From assembly GCA_010405405.1 (NCBI GenBank), contig MU004231.1, positions 248,001 to 311,454 on the forward strand: a DNA stretch of 63,454 nt. The letters are read 5' to 3'. The notes below the pieces were generated by a model. That model saw only the letters and a program-made list of their open reading frames with translations. It made no database searches and had not been told where the DNA came from. Below, in pieces: positions 48,801 to 60,655 of this stretch (its first letter is position 1; each line of letters opens with the position of its first letter). The position numbers were made by a program, and so were the translations under genes. The DNA is from Microthyrium microscopicum (lineage: Eukaryota).

Positions 48801-50944
48801 GATTACCGCAATGCAACGATTAACCAATATCAAATTATTTGCATTCTTGGGTAACAGACTGCTGGGACCGAATGTCTTTGGAGCGGCATGCATTCACGTA
48901 ACATAATTTGATACTTAGTTCGGTTTTCTCGCACAGTAAGAGATAGGCACACGACCACATTGTTCAGTTTGCTAAGAGCTGCATCGCAATTTGAGTTGCC
49001 ATTGAGCCAGTGATCATCCAATGGCAGAGATACGAGATGTCTCCAACTGTCACATCTTCAAAGACGGCATACGATGCACCGCGCCACCGTTAGCGCAATC
49101 TGATAGAGAATCTCCAATTGTTCAGTGCTGATTGAGGGATTCAGTGGGATCAGGTGTTCCGCCACACTACATTCACCCCTTAGTTTAGATTACGCCTGAC
49201 AACGCTATGAAAACGCCATCAAAACGTTTGACAAATGCTTTACAATCTCACGTGTTTCCCTCTTGGTTGACAAGCCGTCGCAGCGGCGTTCTTTGTTGAG
49301 CAATGAAAGATCAGGAACCCGTGTTTGTGGGTGAGGCCACGAACCCCAAACCCCGAAGGGAGGGGGACTGAGCGTTCCTGAAGATAAGCTCTCTAAGCCC
49401 AGGATAGATATGAAATCCCCTCGGAGCGAGCTTGCGAGCGTGAGAGTCACGATCAAAGGAAGGACAAGAATAGAGGAGGGAGGGTAGGTGATTACTTTGA
49501 ACGCGTAAAGAACCCTTTAGACTTAGTGTTAAGGGGGCCAAGACCGTAATTTTGAGCCACTTTGGCGTAACACCTGAGCTCAGGTATATACCCGTGCTGA
49601 TTCCTGAATGCAACTCTGAGTGAGGCTCTTGTGAGGCGTTACCTACCGATCACAACCACACAACGGTAGACATCCACAGATCAAGCGCCTTGTATGAATC
49701 TGGTAGCGGATCGTCAAGAGACCGAGGGAAACTGGCGGCAGAAGCTCAAGAAGTGGAGTTGAAGAATCGATGGCTTTTCAGCCTAGCACCTTTCATTTTC
49801 AAGTTGCAACTCTACGTGCGATTTTAAAGGGGAGAATGTATGAAGACACCTAAAGCGTTTAGCGCAACGAAATAAGTAGCATAATTAGCAGTGTTAGCCT
49901 GACAGGTCTTGGACCTCAAGCTACACGTACTACTTTCTGCGGATAACAAGCTCAGCCCAACAACAAGGCCAGGTTTTGGCCCAGCGGCTTCAGCCAGCCC
50001 TGCATGTCAAAAGCCACTTTGTAGTATTCTTACCGTAGCCTTGCCGTACTTTCAAGGTTGTGTGCATTGGTTGTCCAATGTCTTGTCCAATGTCCTTGCT
50101 CTTCATCCAGTTAATTCACTCCATCGAGTCCATCGAGTCCATCGAGTCCATCCACAGCTGGACCATCTGCACTCTGGAGCCACTCTCTGTGCTGGGTCTT
50201 GATGCACTTTGGTTGCTGAACGAGCACTACTGGGTTGCCACTCAAACATTATGAAAAAGCGGTGCAATCCACTATGTGCACGAGATGCATCTTGTCAGCT
50301 CCTTCTTGAAGTTTTAATTATCGGCACCACAAGGCTGGCCGCTCTACTCCGTATTGCCATCCTTTTGCCATACACATACCGGTATTCTCGGTTCACTACT
50401 GACGACGAGCCGCCTCATTGGGAAATTATCGAGTCTGTGGTTTGACTTGCTAGTCTTCGATTGCTTCCACCAATATTCCAAGCGTTTCAATTCTCTGCCG
50501 TCCGAGACCATGCTCCGGTAAGGCCTTAAAGTGCCGCCATCTTAGCATTGATCTAGTCTGGGGTAAGCTTCCCAAACACAGTAAGGTCAATTCGTGCTCC
50601 CTTGGTTGGAACTTGGATGTTTATTGTTGGTGCGCTGAGCCTTGAGCCTTGAGCGCTGTGCTGTGTCATTCTTTACTCTCGTACACTCCACTCCGACTAC
50701 CAGTCCCTACTCTACGGTCCACGGAGTACCTGCCTCTTAGCTCGACTTTCTTCATCAAACTCCCCCTACCTACTTCCTGCTAGGCTATTACTCCACTCTT
50801 CGCCCAGTCCGACACCAGGTTCTCGAGAGCCTTGCAGAGGCAACCTTTTGCTTCCTTGATCCCTCCCCAGTACTTGCCCGTCCGCGCTTCCCTTGCCCTG
50901 TAATTTCGCAATTCAGCTGGCGATCCGTTCATTGTGCTCAAGGG

Positions 50945-53050
50945 ATGTGGCCAAACCAAACAACCCAAACGCCTGCCATTCGAATATCTGCCTCGACTAC
51001 TACTTCTCATCAACACCATGGCCTTGGGCCGGACTCTCTTTCACCTCCGTCAAGAAACAAACTCTCTTCCGCCCTTCCAATGCCTATCCCAAGTCCTCGA
51101 GATGACATCCCTCCCCCGCTGCCACCGCCACGCTATATCGATGCCTTGAATAAAGGACGAGACCCTGGCTGGCAATGGGCAAATGGTGTCATTCAACCAG
51201 ATGCTACGCCCGAGTACGAAACGGACACTAGATATCACACTCTACCTTTGCGACCAGAGATCTCGCGGACTCGAAGCGAAAATCCGCGCGATTCTCACCT
51301 CCGGCATTATCCCTCTCAATCGCTACCAAATCCGCTAGGAGGCCGATTAAATCTCCTTGAACGTCTTGAAGGCAAAGATGAAGAAGGCGCTGTTCGACCA
51401 AATCTAGCTAGGTATGTTATAATTTCCGTCGGTCAAGCCTCCTTGTACTACAAGCGCTTAAAATCTTGTGTACCGCGAAATGTCACTTGCTCCATTGCTA
51501 ATCTCAATATTGCGCAGGCTCCAAAGCGAAAACCAACTAAGTTTACGAACCTTGCACAGCTCAGCTCAACAATTCGATCGTCAGCAACTGTCAAAACTCG
51601 ACGGCCCGTCTCGTCCAACTTCATCCAGTCTACCAAACTCCTTACCTTCCCCGCGCGACTTGTCTCATGCAAGGAGAACAGGAAATACACTAAAACCATT
51701 GCGCGTACCCGATTACCGACATGGCGGTCCCGATTCACCTCTTATGCGTTGGCCTGGCTCATCACCATCCGCCCTGTCCTCTACCACCGCGTCGGGAGTA
51801 AGGAGTCCCCTTTTTGAATCTAGTTCCATAGATTATACTCGTTCGCCTCCGTATAATCGTCTTGTACCTTCTGATGGTGGCGAAGATCGTCATTCACCAT
51901 ATATTCATCGTAATAGTGTCGAACATAGTAGCGTGTTTTCAGAACCGGACATGCCTGCAGAAGAAAGTGGAATGAAGAATTTACATTTGCATGATCGCAC
52001 ACCTATTGCAGAGGAAGGCTCAAGTTTCAATAGAAAACGTCGGGCGCCTTCTCCAACATTAGAATCATCTCGAGATTCTCGCAGTTCCGGCAATCACAAT
52101 GATCTATATCATAAACGCTCCATGCAGGTACTCAATAGCAATCGATCGCCATCAGCGCGCTTACCTCCAATTGGATCTACATCTACAGCATCTTCCCTGG
52201 CTCAATCTGCAGCCTCACACTGGAATAACTCAATCGCGAGTAGTGCAACCAGTTACAATTCGGAGCGGATATCGCCTAGCGCCTTGTCACCTTCAGCTGA
52301 ATCGGAGTATCCTCGCTTACCACCTCTATCCGCAGGGGGCGATCAGTCTGCATCTGACAACCGAGCCAATAGTCAATGGAGATCAGACAAGTGGGAAATT
52401 GAAAGACAAAATACTTTACTACTTTCAATGAATGCGGCCGGGTTATACGCATGTGAATGCTGTCTTAAAAAGCCGAGGCGATTTAGAACATTGGACGAAC
52501 TCAGGTAATGCATAATCTAATCTGATAAGCGCACGCAACTAACCAAGACAGACAACACGAGTCTGAAAAACAATACCAATGTCAATACTGTTCGAATAGA
52601 TTCAAGAACAAAAATGAAGCTGAAAGACACCAAAATTCACTCCATCTACGAAAATACTCCTGGTCTTGTGCTGCTCTTTCCAACCCACGACAAGCATTCC
52701 ATCAAAACCCAGCGCGTGCAGAGATATCCGACGTATGTGGTTATTGTGGAAAAGAATTCCAAAATCCATCCGACTGGCATGCCCGTAACGAGCATCTAGT
52801 CACCGAGCACAAGTTTGGCGAATGTAATCAACACAAAAAGTTTTTCCGGGCAGATCATTTCCGTCAGCATCTCAAGCACAGCCACGGCGCAGCCAGTGGA
52901 AAGTGGACTGGTCAGCTTGAGGCAATATGCATAAAAGACGAACCACTTCCAGCACTAAGAGGGCCGCCACAACTCGTTGGGCAGTCAAACAATGTGCTTC
53001 CTCCAATATCGATGGTTGGAGAAGATCCGGCACCGCCTGTATTGCGATGA
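50945..53050 (+). CDS. C2H2 zinc-finger transcription factor (~650 aa); exons 50945-51411, 51518-52504, 52552-53050
   Basis: PPPLPPPR..DPGWQWAN N-terminal motif; fingers YACECC.KKPRRF, YQCQYCSNRFKNKNEAERHQNSLH, CGYCGKEF, FFRADHFRQHLKHSH; two GT-AG introns in frame. Start codon uncertain. Confidence 0.9.
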
Positions 53051-54072
53051 TACTGAATGCTTCATAATTGCATACTTGGGATTGGCGTTGAAAGCTCATG
53101 ATGAGCTAGACACTGAATCGACTTATTACGACCATCACGAACTATTATTCTTATTTTCTAATCACTGTGTGATTTTGAGCTATTTGCTGCTTTGCAGGCA
53201 ATTCTCTCTTTCAATCAACCATTTATCTTGTTTTCGAAACCTTTATACCACGCTACGATTCGGAATCGCGGCGCATTGATATCTGTTTGACGCTTTGATT
53301 TTGCAAAGCCAGCAAGGCATGATGGGAAATCGGACCTTGGTGTGGGACGACTGATTTTAGATCATAAAATGGCTGACATGCGTTGGAGTATGTATTGGAT
53401 TAGCATTCAAAAAGCATCAGGCGAAGCTTTGTTGACTGCATAGAGATGCAGTTAGTTATCTAATCTACGATCGATAGCTCTTCGTTATCCATATCATCCC
53501 AGTACTACAACAAACAGTGCTTTGTTCGCAACCTAGATGAAAAGCGTGCCATACTTTGATTATGTTGCCGTAGCTTTACATTATCTGATGAACTTAGGTA
53601 ACGGTCTACCTTTCGGCATGTCCTGCAAGGAGGCAAGCTGGGAAGGCTGAAAGTCATGCTAGGCGAAGATAGGGAGTGCGTTGCGGATAGCTGTCAACAT
53701 GTGCATATTGACGAACCTATAGCTAGCAAGTTATCAATCACCCCGCATGTACAAGTGGATAGACTACTTGTTAGCATAGGCAGAAATACAGGCACCAGAA
53801 TAGAACTTGATAGACGGAGCCTAGATATAGCTCCCGTGATATCAGTGTTACAATCACAAACGGTGTTGCATAACATCTTACGTATGGTTTCGATATCGTT
53901 CATGATTTAAAATCACCATTATATAGGAGATTCAAGTCCAACGCTTTCTAAATCGAAAAGAATAACTCAAAGATCTAACCATTGCTCAGTTTACAAGTAT
54001 CCGATATCAAATCGCATTACAGCAAATTCCAAGAAACACTCCAATTTCATTCTAATTCCATAACCATCCACC

Positions 54073-55335
54073 ATGGCACCAAATACTTCAACGCCAGATC
54101 AGATAGCCTACCCAGCCAACACTGCGGCTCCCATGAAACCAGGTGATGCCAACTCATCTTCTCCAATCCCCAGCGCCTTGCTCCATCGCAATCTCAATAT
54201 CAACCCTCATATCGTCTCTTCCGCCTCAGGCTCCTATGTCACCATGTCCACCGGCCAACGCATCCTCGACGCCACCTGCGGCGCTGCCGTCTCATGTCTC
54301 GGACATGGCAACGCCCGCGTCCAAGCCGCCATGGCCGCTCAGCTAGACCAGGTCGCGTATTGTCTTACACTGATGTTTGGCACAGCTGCAGCGGAGGAGT
54401 TGGCTCACGAGGTCATTGCCGGGACGGGTGGGGAAATGTCACGATTATACGTTGTTTGTTCCGGTAAGTTATTTCCATCCTTCAGAAGATGGAGTTTGGT
54501 ATTGATGGAGTGGATTAGGGTCCGAGGCAATGGACGCCGCTATGAAGATGGCTAGACAGTATTTCCTTGAACTGCCAGAGCCACAGCCGCAGCGCACGAG
54601 GTTTATTGCGCGTGAGCAGTCGTATCATGGCACGACGTTGGGCCCTCTTGGGCTGGGTGGACATACGATGAGGCGGAAGCCGTTTGAGCCGCTGCTGTCT
54701 AGTAATTGCTCGAGAGTGTCGGCTTGCTATGCTTATCGTGGGATGAAGGAAGGTGAATCAGAGGAACAGTATGTAGTGAGGCTGGCGGAGGAGTTGGACG
54801 CGGAGTTTCAGCGCGTTGGGCCGGAGACTGTGTGTGCTTTTGTGGCAGAGCCGGTCGTTGGTGCGGTAAGTTATGCTCTTCATGGAATGCGTGAGAGATG
54901 CTAAGGAGATCTCAACAGGCTTTGGGTTGTGTGCCATGTGTGCCAGGATACTTTAAAGCGATGAAAGAGGTCTGTGACCGGTATGGCGCATTATTGGTTA
55001 TGGATGAGATTATGTGTGGGATGGGCCGAAGCGGGACGCTGCATGCCTGGCAAGATCCTGCTGTTGGTGTCGTCCCTGATATACAGACCGTCGGTAAGGG
55101 GCTGGGCGGTGGATTTGCACCTGTTGCTGGTGTATTGGCTTCGAAGAAGGTGATGAGTGTCTTCGAAAAGGGTACTGGCGCATTTGTTCACGGCCAGACG
55201 TACCAGGGACACCCGCTATCTTGTTCTGCTGCACTCGCTGTTCAGAAAGAAATGAAGGAGAAGAATCTCGTCAGTAACGTGGCGGAACTGGGAGTCTTAT
55301 TCGAGAAACTGCTTAAGGAGAAAGTTATTAAATAG
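54073..55335 (+). pseudogene. Class-III PLP-dependent aminotransferase, C-terminally truncated by a retrotransposon; exons 54073-54463, 54519-54865, 54919-55325
   Basis: DATCGAAVSCLGH, SGSEAM, SYHGTT, FVAEPVVGA, DEIMCGMGRSG, PDIQTVGKGLGGG (PLP lysine), HGQTYQGHP. The frame stops about 10 nt inside AT-rich repeat DNA and lacks the family's C-terminal IRGxGL region. Confidence 0.88.
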
Positions 55336-56060
55336 CTGAATAAAAGAACGAATTTTTATCTAATTATTTTTGTCTAAAAGAGAGAAAGAGAAGGAATCTA
55401 AGTCTACAAGTATAACTAATGTTTCTATTTGTTTCTACCCCTCTTGTTATTTGTTTCTTATCTATGTCTACTCGTATAGAGGTAGATACTTTAATACTTC
55501 CCTTTTATTAATTACTCTAATAATAAGTAGTACTCTCTAGTAAGAATAATTAGTCGTTTTATTATAAATTAGAATAATACTATAGTAAGTATATTAGCTA
55601 TATTATTAGTAGTTGTAACGTACTCTAGGTTAATAGATCTACTAAGAACTTGTTCTCTTAGGAAATAATAATAAAGAGCTATATATTTTAAGTAAGTATA
55701 GAACTATAGGTTTTTTAAGAGTTTAATCGTAGCTTAGTTATCTATATAGAGTGTAGTAGGTCTAGGGCTTAGATATCCTAGTTCCTTAAGTAGCTATTAT
55801 ATCTATATTACTTCCTTAGCTACTTTAGCTTTAATAATGTACTTAGCTTTATACGTTAATAGTAAGATAGTAGCTTAGCGTTTACTTAACTATAATATAG
55901 GTACTCTCTTAACGCATAGTAGCTATTCTATTATAGATTATAGTATTTCTATATAATCTCCCTAGTTACTATTAATAAAAGTAAATAATATACTATTAGA
56001 CTTAGCTTTATAAAAAGGCCTAAGATATAGTATGCCTTTAAGGTAGCCTATAATGTACTA
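55326..56060 (-). mobile_element. RIP-mutated Ty1/copia LTR retrotransposon 3' end: RT C-terminus/RNase H (56060 to ~55580), polypurine tract (55509-55497), 3' LTR (55496-55326)
   Basis: Minus strand read with C>T/G>A reversion gives YLKG..DSDW..SKRQATISLSTCEAEY..KE.IW..LLKELG..DNQA.IKL.KNP.FH...KHI...YHFLREQV..LEYV.T.DN.ADILT. Purine tract AATAAAAGGGAAG precedes a 171-bp segment bounded by TATTAAA..TTTAATA (RIP form of TGTTGAA..TTCAACA). Confidence 0.85.
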
Positions 56061-56126
56061 TTATAAAAAAATTATTATGTATTATAAATTAGACTACGTA
56101 TTATACTAGAAAAGTTATATTTAACT

Positions 56127-56630
56127 TATTATAAAGATATTAGATACGTATAAGATAACTACGTACTTTATTAGAAATATTTTAAAAGTATTTAAAATAT
56201 TTTAAACTTATTAGGTATATTATAGTTATTTTAAACTTATTATAAAAATATTAGATATATATAAGATAATATATACTTTATTAGAAATATTATAAAACTA
56301 TTTAAAATATTTTAAACTTANNNNNNNNNNNNNNNNNNNNNNNNNNNNNNNNNNNNNNNNNNNNNNNNNNNNNNNNNNNNNNNNNNNNNNNNNGTATATT
56401 ATAGTTATTTAAAACTTATTATAAAAATATTAAATACGTATAAAATAATATATACTTTATTAGAAATATTATAAAACTATTTAAAATATTTTAAACTTAT
56501 TAGGTATATTATAGTTATTTTAAACTTATTATAAAGACATTAAATATATATAAGATATTATATACTTTATTAGAAATATTATAAAACTATTTAAAATATT
56601 TTAAACTTATTAGGTATATTATAGTTATTT
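56127..56630. repeat. 110-111-bp tandem repeat, at least 4 copies, spanning an assembly gap
   Basis: Unit TATTATAAARAYATTARATAYRTATAA.. restarts at 56127, 56238, 56417 and 56527. Confidence 0.85.
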
Positions 56631-57106
56631 AAGTATAGCTTATACTATACTTAAGTAAATTTATTATAGCTAGAACTATATATAATAGAATATAAATAAC
56701 GCTTACTAGTAACTTTCTATATATCTAAATATATTTAAATATATCTAGATATATCTAGATATTAGTATCTAAATATATTTAGTACCTAGATAAAGTAGTT
56801 ATAATCTTTAAGTAAAAAATATAATTTTTAGAAAAAGAAATTAAAGATTATTATATAACTAGCTACTAAGATATAATAGCTTTTTTTAACTAGTTAAGAT
56901 ATTACTATTCTTATATCTTATACCCTAAGTAAGCTATATATTGCCTTTATAGTCTATTCTTCTTAAATGTTCTAATTAGCTTTTAATATTATTATTCTAG
57001 TCCTAGTAGGTTATAAGTAGAATATATAACTAAGCTTTTATCTCTTAAACCTAGTAGAAAGATATATTTCTTATATTTATTATAGCTAACTAAGAAGGTA
57101 TTTAAG

Positions 57107-60100
57107 AACTTAGTAGTTACTACTATAAGTAATTACTAAGGAGTAATAACCTTTTCTTCCTAGTTAAGATAGCGCTATTCCTATATTTTATACTCTACTA
57201 AGTAAGCTATATATTACTTTTATAGTTAAATTAAGTAATTACGTTAATAAATATATCTATACTTCTAACTAGTTAAAGAAGTAGCTAAGAACTATTTTAA
57301 GCTCTATTTATAAGTAGATAGATTAGATACTTAGAGTAATAATAGTTATCTAAGGGTTATTACTATATATAGGAACGTTACTTACTAATAACCTCTATTA
57401 TATCTAGATATATCTAGTACCTAGATAAAGTAGTAATAATATTAAGAGTAAATAAAATAAGATAAGGTAATAGTACCTTTAGTAGTATATTAGTTAACTA
57501 TAATAATAAGAATAATAGTAAGTAGTATATAAATTAAGCTAAGTCTATATATAATACTTTTTATTATTATAAAGTACTACTATACTTACTTTTATTTTAC
57601 TAATCTTTAGAATATAGATTATAATAATAATTATTATCTTAGTACTATTATTAATTATAATATTACTAACGCCTATACTTAGGACTTCTATCTCTAACTC
57701 TACTCTATACTTTAAAGTATTACTTATTCTATATATTATATAATTCTCTATAATAAGGTTCTATATACTTACTATACTAAAGATAAAATATTACTTTTAT
57801 TAAGCTATAAGTAGCCTAGTTATTATTTTAATTATATAGTACTACTTACCTCTTTATATAATTAGTAGAGTTAGAGATTTATTTACTATTCCTAATCTAA
57901 TAAAGATTAATATTAAAGACTAGTTATAGTATACTAAAGAAGTCTTTTTTACTTTATACTACTTAAAGAATACTATTAACTTCTTTCTTTCTTAAATTAT
58001 CTTTTCTATAAGAATAAGAGAGTTTTTTTTAAAAATTTCTATATCTAGTACTATTATATAGCTATTAAACTAGGTAAAGATACTTAAGCAATATAGTAAA
58101 AAAAAAACTACCTTAAGCTCTATCTATAAATAAGTAAATTAAATACTTAGAGTAATAATTAGCGCTTATAATAGTAAATCTATTTAATATATCTAATTAT
58201 GTCTATAGTATACTCTAAAAATTCTATATAAAGCCTTATAATCCTTAATACTATATATTATCTAAAGGTTATTACTATATATAGGAATATTACTTACTAG
58301 TAACCTTTATTATATCTAAATATATCTAGTACCTAAATAAAGTAGTAATAATATTAAGAGTAAATAAGGTAATAATACCTTTAGTAATATATTAGTTAAC
58401 TATAATAATAAGAATAATAGTAAGTAGTATATAAATTAAGCTAGAAGTAGCCTAGTTATTATTTTAATTATATAGTACTACTTACCTCTTTATATAACTA
58501 GTAAAGTTAAAGATTTATTTATTATTCCTAATCTAATAAAGATTAATATTAAAGACTAGTTATAGTATATTAAAGAAGTTTTTTCTACTCTACGCTACTT
58601 AAAGAACGTTATTAACTTTTTTCTTTCTTAAATTATTTTTCTTATAAGAATAAGAGAGTTTTCTTTAAAAATTTCTATATCTAGTACTATTATATAATCT
58701 ATTAAGCTAGACTTAAGGAGCTTCTAATAGTATTCCTAACTCTAGTAGTTTATACGCATATTAGATTTAAAGTCTAAAGAATTTATTAGGTAAAATATAT
58801 TTTTAGTATAATCTTACTTAATAATAAGAAGAAATATTTAATATACTATAAGCTTTTATAAATACTTTTAATAAGCTATTAAACTAGGTAAGGATACTTA
58901 AGTAATATAATAGAAGAAAGACTACCTTAAGCTCTATCTATAGGTAGGTAGATTAGATACTTAGAGTAATAATAGTTATCTAAGGATTATTACTATATAT
59001 AAGAACGTTACTTACTAGTAACCTCTATTATATTTAGATATATCTAGTACCTAGATAAAGTAGTAATAATATTAAAAGTAAGCAAAGTAATAGTACCTTT
59101 AGTAGTATATTAATTAACTATAATAATAAGAGTAATAGTAAATAGTATATAAATTAAGCTAAAAGTAGCCTAGTTATTATTTTAATTATATAGTACTACT
59201 TACTTCTTTATATAATTAGTAGAGTTAGAGATTTATCTACTATTCCTAGTCTAATAGAGGTATTATTATATAGCTATTAAACTAAGTAAAGATACTTAAG
59301 TAATATAGTAGAGGTATTAAGTAAGTAAATATTTCCTTAGTTATTTTAGTAGCGTCCTATATAAGCTCTTCTTTTAAGATAATAAATAAAGTTTCTTTAT
59401 AATAGATATAGTTAAAGAACGCTATATAAAGCTAAGGTTATATTTAAGGACTTAGTAATTACTAAAGTAGTTACTAAGGAGTAATAACTTTTCCTTTCTA
59501 GTTAAAATAGTACTATTCTTATATCTTACGCCCTACTAAGTAAATAGTATATTACCTTTATAGTTAAATTAAGTAATTACGTTAATAAATATATCTATAC
59601 TCCTAACTAGTTAAAAAAATAGCTAAGAACTACCTTAAGCTCTATTTATAGATAGATAGATTAGATACTTAGAGTAATAATAGTTATTTAAGGGTTATTA
59701 CTACGTATAGGAACGTTACTTACTAGTAACCTTTATTATATCTAGATATATCTAGTATCTAAATAAAGTAGTAATAATATTAAGAGTAGGTAAGGTAATA
59801 GTACCTTTAATAATATATTAATTAACTATAATAATAAGAGTAATAGTAAATAGACTAGATTTTTTTAAATATTTCCTTAGATATTTTAGTAGCATTCTAT
59901 ATAGGCTTTTTCTTTAGGATAAAGAAAAGAGTTCTTTTATAATAGACGTAGTTAAAGAATACTATATAAAGCTAGAGTTAAGGATTTAGTATCTTTATAA
60001 TTCTTATATTAGTAAGAACTTAGTAATCTAATAAATATTATTAAGAAAAGTAGCTATTCTTAAGTTAATAAAAGCATACTAATTATTAAAGTAGAAAAGC

Positions 60101-60655
60101 CTATATTATAGTAGTAAATATTTTCTTAGTCTAAGGCTAATAAATAAATTAAGTAATAGAGAAGCTTCTATAAAGAAGAGTAGAATATCTAATAATATTA
60201 GAGTTATTAACCTACTAATATGCTAAAAGTAGTTTAATTATAATACTATAAAAAATTCTTATAAGCTAGGTATTAGTTTTAGTAATAAAGTAATTAGAGA
60301 ATTTTAAGACTTTAAAGTATTTATTAGTAAGTAATACTTCTAAAATATATATTAGCTAATTACTAATAAATCTTATATACTTATAAGTTATACTTTTTAA
60401 GTTAAGAACTATAAAGATTAGTTTATTAACTAGAGTAGTTAAAGAGTTTATATATTTTATACTCTTTATTACTAAGTCTATCTTTTATTAACTTTACTTT
60501 CCTTTTAAGTATTTAATATATACTCTTATAAAGTTAAAGTATAAAATTAAGTAATTATATTAATAAATACGTCTATACTCTTAACTTATTAAAGAAGTAG
60601 TTAAGAACTACCTTAACTCTATCTATAGGTAGATAGATTAAATACTTAGAGTAGT
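57107..60655. repeat. Mosaic array of ~180-250-bp modules repeated 2-5 times
   Basis: Module AAGCTCTAT..GATACTTAGAGTAATAAT..TTAACTATAATAATAAG at ~57291, ~58107, ~58921, ~59629 and partial ~60607; module AGTAGCCTAGTTATTATTTTAATT at ~57810, ~58446, ~59164. Confidence 0.8.
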
